From a bacterium (GTDB lineage Bacteria; Patescibacteriota; Minisyncoccia; Phycocordibacterales; UBA2100), in contig JAYPJF010000001.1 in assembly GCA_038128225.1 (NCBI GenBank), positions 2,155 to 66,154 of the forward strand: a stretch of DNA of 64,000 bases. Direction: 5' to 3'. A program made the translations under genes and the position numbers. Under the pieces are notes generated by a model. The model ran no database searches and was not told where the DNA came from. It worked only from the letters and a program-made list of their open reading frames with translations. Of the stretch, positions 8,858-18,495 are shown in pieces. The number at the start of each line of letters is the position of its first letter. The stretch's first letter is position 1.

Positions 8858-10512
8858 GCGAGCTCTTCCTCGGTAGAACGCGGAGCAAAAAATCGAAGCG
8901 TACGCGTGTGAATAACATTCATGATTTCGCGGCACTCACGACTGCCAAGGAGCATATACACTACGACAATTACCCCTATGCCCGCAACCCCTGCAGATAT
9001 CGCGTGCATAATTACTGTAAGCAATGTGGTTGCTGGCGAAATACCTCCTAGAAACTGAAGTACTCCATACGAAACCATGCTGCCGACCCCCGTTGCAGTC
9101 ATACTTTGGAGGACGACCTCACCTACTGCACGTACGAAACCTCCCGAACGCACCTCGAACCAGATAAGAAGCAGTATGGCGTGTAGCACTCCTGCAAGTG
9201 TAAAAACAAATGGGAGCATGAGTACTTCAGTACCTGGCACATCAACAATGCGGAACAAATGCTCAATAAATGCTCTGGTGTGCACGTCGCGAAAGAACAT
9301 CTGAATGTAAGGAACACTAACGATCGCTATACTGACACTTAGCGCTCCGGTTATAAATGGTGCCCATGATTGTCCAGAGGCGTAGTACGCGCGGGCAATC
9401 AAAAGCGTAAGAGCCTGAAACACAAGCCCAACCGCGAGCATCGCAAATACCGCGGCAGTAAGACGTGTATCGGTCCAGTCAAAATTTCCTGAACCGAGCA
9501 CCACGCGCACGATGTGTGCGCGCAACACAATCAAAAGACCGATTGCCGGAACTGACCAGAAAATAATATGCCGCGCCGCAAGCGCAACATGCGAAATAAA
9601 TGCCTCATGATCACCACCGGCAAAAGCCCGTGAGAGTACTGGGAACGCTGCCACGGAATAACTCGCGCCAATGATAGCGAGTGGAACCGCTTCGAGATTG
9701 ATTGCAAACGAAAAGATGGAAACCGTACCTGCGGTAAGTGTTGTCCCGAGGGTAACTAAGAACAAAAGGAGTATTTGCTGCATCGAAAGCGCAAGCGTTC
9801 GTGGAAGCGAGACCCGAATCGTGTTGAAAATATCTGCGATACGAACTCGCAACGAAAAGCCACGAAACACATATTCTTGAAACACAAAAGGAAGCAGTGT
9901 TGCAGTATGTAGTAGCGCACCGAGTACAACCCCCCACGCAAGCCCAACAGAACCCAACGCAGGGTACAATACAAACAAACTCGCAATAATTCCGATATTG
10001 TACATAAGTGGTGCAATCGCGTACAACAAAAATCGCCCACGAAGCTGAACAATAGCCGCGAGGAAATTTGAGGCACTCAATAAGAGTGCTTGCAAAAGCA
10101 TGATACGACTCATGAGAATCAGGAGCTCACGCGATGCTCCTGGAAATAAATGTGTCGCGATAAAAGGCATCAAAACCCATGTAGTACTCGCAACAACAAG
10201 CATCAAAATAGCATACCCGGTAAACACTGAATCAATGTAGGTGCGCTGTTCCTGTTCTGATCGCTTCGAGAGTTCTGGGATTAACACATACGTCGATACG
10301 AGCGCTGCGGCAATCACGAATACCAAATCGGGAATGCGAAACGCCGCGTAGTACGTATCAAGTAAGGGACCCGCACCAAACATGTGCGCAAAAAGACGAT
10401 CCCTCAGTAGTGCAAGTAGCGAAGAAACGAGCGCGCCGCCACCAAGAATATAGGCAGCAGCGTGCACACCCCTTACTTCATTGTCGAAGAAACGCCACAG
10501 GCGCCCAATCAT
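8854..10512 (-). CDS. murJ: lipid II flippase MurJ/MviN
   Basis: 14-TM protein; N-terminal LLRDRLFAHMFGAGPLLDTYYAAFRIPDLVF signature. Confidence 0.85.
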   Translation of the reverse strand: MIGRLWRFFDNEVRGVHAAAYILGGGALVSSLLALLRDRLFAHMFGAGPLLDTYYAAFRIPDLVFVIAAALVSTYVLIPELSKRSEQEQRTYIDSVFTGYAILMLVVASTTWVLMPFIATHLFPGASRELLILMSRIMLLQALLLSASNFLAAIVQLRGRFLLYAIAPLMYNIGIIASLFVLYPALGSVGLAWGVVLGALLHTATLLPFVFQEYVFRGFSLRVRIADIFNTIRVSLPRTLALSMQQILLLFLVTLGTTLTAGTVSIFSFAINLEAVPLAIIGASYSVAAFPVLSRAFAGGDHEAFISHVALAARHIIFWSVPAIGLLIVLRAHIVRVVLGSGNFDWTDTRLTAAVFAMLAVGLVFQALTLLIARAYYASGQSWAPFITGALSVSIAIVSVPYIQMFFRDVHTRAFIEHLFRIVDVPGTEVLMLPFVFTLAGVLHAILLLIWFEVRSGGFVRAVGEVVLQSMTATGVGSMVSYGVLQFLGGISPATTLLTVIMHAISAGVAGIGVIVVVYMLLGSRECREIMNVIHTRTLRFFAPRSTEEELA

Positions 10513-10514
10513 AC

Positions 10515-12812
10515 TTATTCACCTGTTGATGTCTCTTTCGCCGCAGCGGCAGCTTGTCGAGCGGTTTCGAGAGCGGCACTCGCCTCTGCACTCGTGGGAT
10601 TAAGTTGAGTGACAACCTCAAGTGCGCGGACCGCATCCTCGGCTCGTCCGATTCGGAGATATGAAGCGCTGAGAAGATACAGTGCGTCTGCGTACTGTGA
10701 ATTGCGCACAACCGCTTGCTCAAACGCCGCGGCAGCATCGGTAAACTGACCCGTACTAAATAAAATACTTCCGAGGTAGAACCACGCCACTGGTTCTTCT
10801 GGGACTGCCTGCACGAGGCCTACTGCAACCGCTTGTGCAGATTGTAAGTCGTTTGCGGAAACTAATAACTGCATCTGTAGCAAGAGCGCAGGAGCATAAT
10901 TTTGCTTAACCTGAAGCGATTGGTTAAGAAACGCTACACCTTCTTCGGCTTTTCCTTGTGTGAAAGCAAGCCGCGCTAATTGCAAATAAGGGAATGGGTT
11001 TGAAGGATTTTCCTGCACCGCGCGTTCGTACGCTTTGCGCGCCTCTTCATACGCACCCTGAACCTGCGCCCCTACCAGCTGTTCATACCCACGTGCAAGC
11101 GCGAGCCAGTTTTGGTAATCGTATGCATTGCCATTTACAGCAGCGAGGCCGTGCTGAATTGATGTTTGAAGCACTTGCTGTAATTCATTTCGCAACTGCT
11201 CAGTGTCTTCCCCGCCTTTTTGAATTAGTGCGTTCAATTGAATAAACCCGAGCTCAACTGCAGCACGATGTGCGCGATCATTGTTTGGCGCAATCGAAAG
11301 CGCCTGTTGGACATACTGCTGAGCGCGCGCAAGATCAGTACTTGTTTGATACACGGCGGCTGCGCGATTTACGAACAGCTCAGCTGCCATAGCGCGGCCT
11401 GTCATGGCTCCCGCATAGAGAGCGCCCGCGATCACAACCACTGCCCCAATGTAAACAATAAAACGTGCTCGAGGCTGTTCATCGCCCCCAATCACAAACT
11501 TCGAGACACTGCCGGATACGCGTCCGAGTGCAACACAAACCCCCGTGAGTAAGAAAGCAAGCGCGATGAGAGCAACGCCCGACGGATACATGATGTGCAA
11601 CCCCCACAAGTACAACGTTGCAATCACGATCCCTAATCCAACAAACCACGCGCGCTCATCAAGTGCTTTTGATCCAACAATAAGTCGAGTTCCACGATAC
11701 AGTACCGCACACAAAAATATGACCCACGCGAGTACACCAATAATCCCTGTCGTTATAAACGCCGTGGGTATAAAGCCAACTCCTTGCACGAAATCCGCAT
11801 TCCAAAATACAGTTTCGTTCACCCCGGCAGGTTTCGCTTTTGCCCACTCACGCACGAACGTGTTTGGGCCCGAGCCGGTAAGTGCACGTGCGCCGTCATA
11901 CACTGCTGCAGCAACTGCCACTGTGCCCTCCCACGAAGGACGTACCTCAATTTGTGCCGTTTGCAAACGCTCAGGAAGTATTTGTTGCACATTCGAACCA
12001 AAAAAGTACAACGTACCTGAAAGAATGAGCGGGAGCGCAAATAGTACCAACGGCAGTAGCTGGCGTTGTTGCGTGCGCATACGAAATGCCGTAACACTCA
12101 AGGCGACAAACGAAGCAGCACCGAGCACTATCCATACATCGAGCATGTTTATGAGAGCGAGGAGCACAAGCGATGCGGCGTAGACCGCCCACGCAACGTA
12201 TCGCGCTCGGTCCACACCCGATTGCGCAAGATAGGCTCCCGCCATTAAAACCAGCAGACCAAGAAAGGCGGCGAGGTCATGCCAGGACCCAACAACACTT
12301 GCGGTTTTTCCAGACAGGACACCACCAAGATCAAGCAAAGAAAAGGGTACTACCAATCGCACTAATGTAAAAAACACAACAAACAAGCCCCCGATAAGCA
12401 CCAGCCGGTAACCGGAAAGGATCGCGCGGTATGAGTGGAGTGCAAACGCCGCAAGCGCAAAAGCAATAAACCACATCGTTATCGCTGTTACCGTATCACG
12501 CTCAATACCATACCCTACGAATGAAGTCGGTATGTTTTCCGTAAACAGAAGCGAAACTGCATAGGAGAGCGGTATAAGTACCGTGCCAACCAAGATCCAA
12601 TCTTTAGGGATCGCGAGCGTGCCCTGTTTAAATCGCGTAATACCCCAAGCCACAAAACCAGTTACTAAGAGCGCTGTCAGAAGAACCATTTTTGCATGCG
12701 TAATCGGTACCCATGGCACGGGTACAAAAAAGAGCGCCAAGAAACCAAGTAGAATAAAAACGGAGAGTTCGGCGATTCGTGCAAAAAAACCGCCTGTATA
12801 TTGTTCCTGCAT
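10515..12812 (-). CDS. O-antigen ligase (Wzy_C)-like polytopic membrane protein with C-terminal TPR repeats
   Basis: About 12 TM helices with periplasmic loop, then multiple TPR-like repeats (AYEEARKAYERAVQENPSNP..., AAFEQAVVRNSQYADALYLL...). Confidence 0.6.
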   Translation of the reverse strand: MQEQYTGGFFARIAELSVFILLGFLALFFVPVPWVPITHAKMVLLTALLVTGFVAWGITRFKQGTLAIPKDWILVGTVLIPLSYAVSLLFTENIPTSFVGYGIERDTVTAITMWFIAFALAAFALHSYRAILSGYRLVLIGGLFVVFFTLVRLVVPFSLLDLGGVLSGKTASVVGSWHDLAAFLGLLVLMAGAYLAQSGVDRARYVAWAVYAASLVLLALINMLDVWIVLGAASFVALSVTAFRMRTQQRQLLPLVLFALPLILSGTLYFFGSNVQQILPERLQTAQIEVRPSWEGTVAVAAAVYDGARALTGSGPNTFVREWAKAKPAGVNETVFWNADFVQGVGFIPTAFITTGIIGVLAWVIFLCAVLYRGTRLIVGSKALDERAWFVGLGIVIATLYLWGLHIMYPSGVALIALAFLLTGVCVALGRVSGSVSKFVIGGDEQPRARFIVYIGAVVVIAGALYAGAMTGRAMAAELFVNRAAAVYQTSTDLARAQQYVQQALSIAPNNDRAHRAAVELGFIQLNALIQKGGEDTEQLRNELQQVLQTSIQHGLAAVNGNAYDYQNWLALARGYEQLVGAQVQGAYEEARKAYERAVQENPSNPFPYLQLARLAFTQGKAEEGVAFLNQSLQVKQNYAPALLLQMQLLVSANDLQSAQAVAVGLVQAVPEEPVAWFYLGSILFSTGQFTDAAAAFEQAVVRNSQYADALYLLSASYLRIGRAEDAVRALEVVTQLNPTSAEASAALETARQAAAAAKETSTGE

Positions 12813-12867
12813 CTTTGCATGATATCACGAGCAAAACAGATAAGTTTATAAGAGTGGAAAACTTATT

Positions 12868-12998
12868 CTTAGCCAAAAGAAGACCCTTTCGGGCCTTCTT
12901 TTGATTCATTTCGCTGCATCATATGCAGCGCATATAGATTTGCTTACTCACAAAAGAAGACCCTTTCGGGCCTTCTTTTGATTCATTTCGCTGCATCT
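12868..12998. repeat. tandem direct repeat (period 77 bp) of a terminator unit plus the last ~18 nt of rnpB
   Basis: caaaagaagaccctttcgggccttcttttgattcatttcgctgcatc at 12874-12920 and 12951-12997. Each copy folds as a 10-bp stem (one A/C mismatch) followed by a T-run; the spacer holds the palindrome ATATGC-AGC-GCATAT. Confidence 0.8.
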
Positions 12999-13326
12999 AT
13001 AAGCCGGGTTCTGTCCCTCGCTTTTTAGCGAGTGTGTAGTCATTTATCTGGGCGCATAGTTACCTAAGCGCTCGAGCGGTACGAACCAGTAAAACTGGAA
13101 CACGACCTTGCACGGAGATAAGGATTTAGCCGTTTCAATCCTGCATTACTGCAGGCATCACCCCGAAGGGGCTCTCGCCTTTCGGCTTAAGCGTCTCTGC
13201 TCGCACCTCTCATCTTACGATGTGTGGGCGTTACCCACTACCCTTTTCCTCGGTTTACCGAGGCCGAGCCCGGACTTTCCTCAGCCAGGCATTACTGCCG
13301 GCCGCGACCACCCAATGCAGCTGTGG
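12988..13326 (-). ncRNA. rnpB: RNase P RNA (bacterial type A-like)
   Basis: Minus strand carries GAGGAAAGTCCGGGCTC (P4 5-prime strand), GGGTAACGCCCAC and ACAGAACCCGGCTTA (P4 3-prime strand). P1 pairing GCTGCAT/ATGCAGC defines the ends; about 340 nt. Confidence 0.85.
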
Positions 13327-13328
13327 GT

Positions 13329-13357
13329 ACTGTAACAAACTTGCACTTCTCAGTAAA
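13329..13357 (-). promoter_or_regulatory. putative sigma70-type promoter of rnpB (TTTACT-17-TACAGT)
   Basis: Minus-strand -35/-10 hexamers with 17-nt spacer ending ~7 nt before the P1 5-prime strand. Confidence 0.45.
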
Positions 13358-13370
13358 GATTGTATGGTCT
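13343..13370 (+). promoter_or_regulatory. putative promoter of the 13400 gene (TTGCAC-16-TATGGT), overlapping the rnpB promoter on the other strand
   Basis: Hexamers upstream of AAAGGAG RBS and ATG at 13400. Confidence 0.4.
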
Positions 13371-13399
13371 AAGGCAGTCTAAAAGCAAAGGAGTGCCTC

Positions 13400-13858
13400 A
13401 TGAAAAAACTCGTTCTCTGCGCTTTCTTCGTGATCTTTTTTGTAAGCTCCGGAGTGGCTCTCGAGGGGCAAAAAACCGATTCGCGATGGGCATATGAGTA
13501 CATTCTCGCGCGTCCGACCATCGAGCAGGATGGATTGAAAGGAATAGAAGACAAACTCGAAGGGGCGCCGTTTGGATTTCGCGTATTCGCAAACACGTTC
13601 TATCCTCAATCTCTCATTTTCGTCGTGCCAATGATTCTTGCAATCCACAATGAAGACGGGAGCATACAACCTGTCCACTGCATTAGTAAAATTAGTGACG
13701 AAGGACTTGATGGGAGTGTGAATTGGGTACGCGTCGCGTGTTTTGGCGATATCACCAATGACGAACAGGCCGTACTTACTGAAGCGGTGCGTGAAGGAGC
13801 GGATCATGTGCTCATGCGCATGATCGCTGTTCTGAAGCGACACCACGTACCTCTGTAA
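13400..13858 (+). CDS. hypothetical secreted protein (signal peptide)
   Basis: Strong RBS AAAGGAG, N-terminal signal peptide MKKLVLCAFFVIFFVSSGVA, followed by terminator; preferred over the overlapping antisense ORF. Confidence 0.6.
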   Translation: MKKLVLCAFFVIFFVSSGVALEGQKTDSRWAYEYILARPTIEQDGLKGIEDKLEGAPFGFRVFANTFYPQSLIFVVPMILAIHNEDGSIQPVHCISKISDEGLDGSVNWVRVACFGDITNDEQAVLTEAVREGADHVLMRMIAVLKRHHVPL

Positions 13859-13862
13859 CACA

Positions 13863-13898
13863 TCAAAAGAGCGCGGCTCCCGCCGCGCTCTTTTGTTT
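13863..13898. terminator. bidirectional rho-independent terminator
   Basis: AAAAGAGCGCGGC-TCCC-GCCGCGCTCTTTTG between convergent genes. Confidence 0.8.
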
Positions 13899-13927
13899 TC
13901 AAAACACTCTTCCAATTGAAACTTTTC

Positions 13928-16285
13928 TTACACTATCTCACACACTCCACCTGCACACGCAAGCTCTTTCTTTTGTTCAGTCTCATCGCGTTTTTCGTAA
14001 GTGACAATCTTCGAGTAGTCGATGTGACCAACGCGCTTAAGTAGCTCTTCGTACTTCTCTTTCGTACACGCCTCCATAGGAGCAAGCCGGTAGACGTGAT
14101 CTGCCCGCGGCAAGAACGACAAGCCGCCGATAATATTCCAGTTTTCGTAGAGCCAATTCGCAACAGTGATCCATTCATTTTCACCAACCGAAATCGTTAC
14201 CGATGGATTATGTTCCGTATAGTTGAGTTTGACCATTTTCCAATACTCAAGCTGGTCAAGCGCGGTAAAGTCGTCTTTGAACTTTGAACCCTTCGGTGCC
14301 TTAACCGGGAATTCAAGCACGTAGGTATTCGCGCTGTCGATCGACTGACCAACTTCTGGATAATACGGTACACCCTGATCCCTCAACATCTTGAAAAGCG
14401 CATCGGTCGCAGAGATACGGATACGTTGGATATAGTACTGCGCAAACCGTGGGTGCATGCCTGACGCATTATCGAACGTTTTAGAGACAGTTCCCGATGG
14501 CTTCACACACGTGATAGCGCTCGAGGGGTTTATTTTGAAGCGTTTCGCGTATTTTTGATTTTCCTTAACAGCAGCGTCTCGCATTTTCTTGAGTGTCTCC
14601 GCATTGCGAACCGCAGGAGAATCCCATTGTCCAGTGATTGATACCCCGAGCAATCGCTCTTGTTCACAGTTCTCGCTCCATTCTTTGGAAATATAGTTGA
14701 AGCGCGTCAGTGTTGATTGATACGTTCCCAGAAGTGTCGCAAGGCGCGTTTTCCGAATCAACGACGCTTCCGTGTCCTGTGAGCGCGCAATAACCTCCGT
14801 TAAGTTACAGAATTGGCGGCTCTGGAGAATGATCTCACCACACGGGTTTGTGCCCAATTGACCAATGTAGCCGTTTCCTTTTCCAAATTTCTTGCGAAGA
14901 TACTCAACGCGCCGCTTTGGAAGCGTTGCAGAAAGCGAACCGCGATTAAAAATACCACGCTCTCCGGTACCCGCTTTCATCAAAGCAACCCATTCGTCCA
15001 TAAACTCGACGTTGGTTGGCTTAAACTCATACACCGCTGAGTTATTTGCAATCGATCGATGTGGGTCTGTGAGGAAGAATTGGCCTTTTTTAGCATCCCG
15101 CACAAATTCATCATCAATATCCGAGAGCGATATCATTGCACTCCGGCGCACACCTCCCGCTACGACACATTCGCCGATTTTACAAATGATGTCATGTGCA
15201 TCGATAGTGCGCAGCCGTCTCCCTTGGCGCGCCAAAATGCGATCACGTGCAAAATCAAGTAGCGAACGAAGCGGATCGGGGCCGGACGCTTTGCCCCCCA
15301 TGGTCTTAAGTCGCGCCCCTGCTGGACGCACTTGCGAATAATCGAAGGTGACGTCCTTGCCCGAGTACCATGTTTTAAGGCCTAACGTAAGCGAGTCTGC
15401 CCATCCTTCTTTCGAGTCCCCAACAACATGCGCCGGGAGCACTTCTCCAGTTTGTTTCGCGATTTGTGGCAATTGTTCCACGTTTTGACTTTCTACCGAG
15501 AAACCAACTCCCGTACCCATCATCGAGAGGTACATGATTTCCGCAAAATCCTCAAGGCGTGTAGGGGCAATAAATGAGCAGTTGTACGCACACACATTAC
15601 ACTTACGCGCAGAATCGCCTGAAAACTGCATCAAGCGCATCGAAGGCATGACCTCTTGCTTCAAAATCGCATCCTTCACCTCTGCGTACTCTTTCTTGGT
15701 GAGTTTGTCACCAAGATTCTCCTTCATGAAGTCGACGTAGCGCTCTACGGTCTCAACCCACGTCTCGCGTCGCTGCTCGCTTTCGATCCAGCGCGCATAC
15801 GAGCGCAAATACACAAACTCACCAAGCGGATTATCTTTGAAATATTTTTTACTTTCTTCTGCAAGCTTACGCACATGCTCAGGAACTTCGCCGAGTTCTT
15901 TGCGAATCTTTGCACGCTCCGCGCGATACAAAATATACGCTTTCGCGGTCGCGACGTAGTCAGAAAGGATCAATTGACGCTCCACTTCATCCTGACAACC
16001 TTCAACGGTGGGCAAAAAGTTCTTGTATTTCTTGGCGATTGTCATCATCTCACTCGCTACCTTATGAGAAACTACAACCGCTTCTTCAAGCGATCCTTCA
16101 CCGGTAGCAAGCATTGCTTTATGCACTGCAGTTTGTACTTTTTCAAACTCGAACGGAACAACACGCCCATCTCGTTTCTGAATCTTGGGCAAATATTTCC
16201 GATACACTTTTATCAACGCGTCGCCACTTTGATTCGCAATGCGACCTACGGGGCGGCGAGCAACGGTTGTCTTAGACATGCGCAC
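13928..16285 (-). CDS. nrdJ: class II (adenosylcobalamin-dependent) ribonucleotide reductase with N-terminal ATP-cone
   Basis: ATP-cone (VYRKYLPKIQKRDGRVVPFEFEKVQ...), active-site TNPCGEI, C-terminal Cys pair CAGGVCEI; 785 aa. Confidence 0.85.
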   Translation of the reverse strand: MRMSKTTVARRPVGRIANQSGDALIKVYRKYLPKIQKRDGRVVPFEFEKVQTAVHKAMLATGEGSLEEAVVVSHKVASEMMTIAKKYKNFLPTVEGCQDEVERQLILSDYVATAKAYILYRAERAKIRKELGEVPEHVRKLAEESKKYFKDNPLGEFVYLRSYARWIESEQRRETWVETVERYVDFMKENLGDKLTKKEYAEVKDAILKQEVMPSMRLMQFSGDSARKCNVCAYNCSFIAPTRLEDFAEIMYLSMMGTGVGFSVESQNVEQLPQIAKQTGEVLPAHVVGDSKEGWADSLTLGLKTWYSGKDVTFDYSQVRPAGARLKTMGGKASGPDPLRSLLDFARDRILARQGRRLRTIDAHDIICKIGECVVAGGVRRSAMISLSDIDDEFVRDAKKGQFFLTDPHRSIANNSAVYEFKPTNVEFMDEWVALMKAGTGERGIFNRGSLSATLPKRRVEYLRKKFGKGNGYIGQLGTNPCGEIILQSRQFCNLTEVIARSQDTEASLIRKTRLATLLGTYQSTLTRFNYISKEWSENCEQERLLGVSITGQWDSPAVRNAETLKKMRDAAVKENQKYAKRFKINPSSAITCVKPSGTVSKTFDNASGMHPRFAQYYIQRIRISATDALFKMLRDQGVPYYPEVGQSIDSANTYVLEFPVKAPKGSKFKDDFTALDQLEYWKMVKLNYTEHNPSVTISVGENEWITVANWLYENWNIIGGLSFLPRADHVYRLAPMEACTKEKYEELLKRVGHIDYSKIVTYEKRDETEQKKELACAGGVCEIV

Positions 16286-16433
16286 GAGCGATAAACTGAT
16301 AATGAGTGCATTGTACTCCTCTCGCCAACTGCTCAGCCTTGTGGATAACCGAAGCTCAAATTAATTTACCTGAATCAATACTCAAATAAGGAATTTTTGT
16401 AGTAGACGAAGCTGCGTCAGCGCACGAATTGAC

Positions 16434-16901
16434 TCAAAGGTCAACCGCCACACCATCCCCGATCTTGATGTTGTATTGTTCAGCAAACCCAGCGGGAACT
16501 TCAAGAACATAACGCGCCGGTACGTGGGGACGAAAAACCTTAGGGTAGCTCTCTGGCGCCACGTTCGCTTCAATATCCGTAACAATTTTTTCTTCCGAAA
16601 TCCAGAACACATCTATAGGAAACTTCATATCGCGCATCCAGATGCCGTACATATCATCTTTTTCAAAAACAAAAAACATTCCTTGGTTTAAAGGCAATCT
16701 GGTCCTCCCCGAAAGTCCTTGTTCTCGCTCGCGCGGCTCATCCACAACATACACACGCAAAGGAGTGCCGCCAATACTTAAGGGTTTAAGTCCTGCACCC
16801 TCAGGCACAAAGGGAACCACGCCGTCCTCCACCGAGTATATAGATATCATTACCGCGAGTATCAGCACGGATGCTGCAAACACGATAACCTTCGCATTCA
16901 T
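16434..16901 (-). CDS. DUF192 family secreted protein
   Basis: N-terminal TM/signal then DUF192 motifs (RTRLPLNQGMFFVFE...GIWMRDMKFPIDVFWI). Confidence 0.7.
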   Translation of the reverse strand: MNAKVIVFAASVLILAVMISIYSVEDGVVPFVPEGAGLKPLSIGGTPLRVYVVDEPREREQGLSGRTRLPLNQGMFFVFEKDDMYGIWMRDMKFPIDVFWISEEKIVTDIEANVAPESYPKVFRPHVPARYVLEVPAGFAEQYNIKIGDGVAVDL

Positions 16902-16940
16902 ACTGCGAGTGTAGCACGCTGAATTGTCCGCGTACGGTAA

Positions 16941-17351
16941 TTACGGGATAAGAACAAGCACTAAAGCCATGACCAAGATCGCAAGAAGTTGGTACGATGC
17001 ATTAATGAAGAAAAGTTTCCAAGGCTTCATGTCCCACAGCACGGGAGAAAGGAGTATGGGAACTTGAAAACCAAGCCAGATCCAAAAACCGAGCTCGAGC
17101 GCACCACGCCAATCGAAAACTCCCCACGCGAAACTGAAGTGAGCAAGCACATACGCAAAGACAAGCGACGCAAGCAATGCAATTCCCATCATGGGAAACA
17201 TTCTGCTTTTAGCTTTCTCAGCCATATCAGGAGTAATCCCGACAATATTCATCCAGGCAGTGCCAAAAACTTTCGGATGGTACCATACCATGCCCAACAA
17301 AAGTGGTACCAACGCGGCAACCGCTACTGCTAAAAGAGAGATTTCAAACAT
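16941..17351 (-). CDS. DUF1761 family membrane protein
   Basis: WYHPKVFGTAWMNIVG motif and 4 TM helices typical of DUF1761. Confidence 0.7.
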   Translation of the reverse strand: MFEISLLAVAVAALVPLLLGMVWYHPKVFGTAWMNIVGITPDMAEKAKSRMFPMMGIALLASLVFAYVLAHFSFAWGVFDWRGALELGFWIWLGFQVPILLSPVLWDMKPWKLFFINASYQLLAILVMALVLVLIP

Positions 17352-17428
17352 AGTGCTATATATCTTGGATAATACTGAAATGATAACAAAAGATGAGGAA
17401 AAGTGTAAGGCGCGTTCCGGCGACGTGT

Positions 17429-18058
17429 TTACAACTCACCTGGATGATGATGCCGAGCATACACCCTTGCGTTTCGTTGTAGGCCCAATAAAAGCACCAC
17501 ACCACAGAACGAAAGCGCCGACACCGTCATGAAGAGCGCGTTAAACCCATACGCCTCAGCGATCACTGCTCCCATCGTTGCCGCAATGGCAGTGCCGATA
17601 CTCGTGAGCGTTGAGTGCATACTCCACTCGAAACTTTCTTTTCCTCGATCGAGATGCAAACTCCACAAACCAAGCCACGTCGCATAAGCAATACCACTTC
17701 CAATTCCATACAAAAATTGGATGAAATAAATATGGTACACGTTTTCAGCGACAATATAGAGTAACGGCACCAACATCACGACTGTGGTTGCGCGTAATAG
17801 CCAGGCGAGGTCGTTGGCATCGTTATGCGTGTCAACATGCCGTGCAAATGGCAATTGAACAACGCTTTTTGAAACCAAAAATATAGAGGACGCGACCCCA
17901 ACACTGGTGAGTGTCATGCCCGTTATGGAGTCCGTAAGAAAAACGGCAAAAATGGGGTCAATAAGGCCAAATCCCGATATAATAAATATGTCTGCGGTGA
18001 GAAGATAAAACACTATCGGGTGCATTTTTACAAACCCCGATGGTCGCCGGAGACGCAT
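17429..18058 (-). CDS. MFS-like 6-TM half transporter
   Basis: Six predicted TM helices with MFS-like loop motifs; only half the size of a canonical MFS protein. Confidence 0.45.
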   Translation of the reverse strand: MRLRRPSGFVKMHPIVFYLLTADIFIISGFGLIDPIFAVFLTDSITGMTLTSVGVASSIFLVSKSVVQLPFARHVDTHNDANDLAWLLRATTVVMLVPLLYIVAENVYHIYFIQFLYGIGSGIAYATWLGLWSLHLDRGKESFEWSMHSTLTSIGTAIAATMGAVIAEAYGFNALFMTVSALSFCGVVLLLGLQRNARVYARHHHPGEL

Positions 18059-18060
18059 AC

Positions 18061-18444
18061 CTACGTGTGTTTAAAATCCAAGGAACATGAGTTAATACAA
18101 TACCGTTTTCCCCCTTCTTTGTGCGGCCCATCGTCGAATACGTGTCCCAAATGCCCACCACAGTGTGCGCACAAAACCTCTGTACGATTCATGCCATGCG
18201 AAGCGTCGTGTTCAAATACTACCGAGCCGGGCAGTGCGTCACTAAAACTTGGCCATCCTGTCCCTGAATCAAACTTTGTACTGGAGTCAAAAAGTTGCGT
18301 GCCGCAGCCAGCGCAACGATACATGCCTGGCTCATGTTTATCATAATATTCACCCGCAAAGGGGGCTTCGGTTCCCTTTTCGCGCAACACGTGATACTGC
18401 TCAGGAGTTAGTATCTGTTTCCATTCATCCTCGCTCCGATTCAT
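18061..18444 (-). CDS. msrB: peptide methionine (R)-S-oxide reductase MsrB
   Basis: Zn-binding CxxC pairs and catalytic [10 protein letters not shown] motif. Confidence 0.9.
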   Translation of the reverse strand: MNRSEDEWKQILTPEQYHVLREKGTEAPFAGEYYDKHEPGMYRCAGCGTQLFDSSTKFDSGTGWPSFSDALPGSVVFEHDASHGMNRTEVLCAHCGGHLGHVFDDGPHKEGGKRYCINSCSLDFKHT

Positions 18445-18462
18445 GTAACTAGTATAACGTAT

Positions 18463-18487
18463 GAAAAGGCCGCGCAGCGCGCGGCCT
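18463..18487 (-). terminator. rho-independent terminator after prs
   Basis: GGCCGCGC-AGC-GCGCGGCC hairpin followed by T-run on the minus strand. Confidence 0.7.
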
Positions 18488-18495
18488 TCGCAGGT

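Noticed and set aside
11545-12183. 212-aa plus ORF and neighbours inside the TPR/ligase gene
   Set aside because: Antisense shadow ORFs within a GC-rich gene.
12868-12998. Possible CRISPR array
   Set aside because: Only two repeat copies and no spacers. Each unit is a hairpin plus T-run, and the unit includes the rnpB 3-prime end, so it was interpreted as a duplicated terminator.
13379-13915. 178-aa minus ORF overlapping the 13400..13858 plus gene
   Set aside because: The plus-strand gene has a strong RBS, promoter and signal peptide. The minus ORF would have to span the terminator hairpin at 13863-13898.
16286-16433. Cobalamin riboswitch upstream of nrdJ
   Set aside because: No B12-box-like consensus found by eye. 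Kept only as an unexplained leader.
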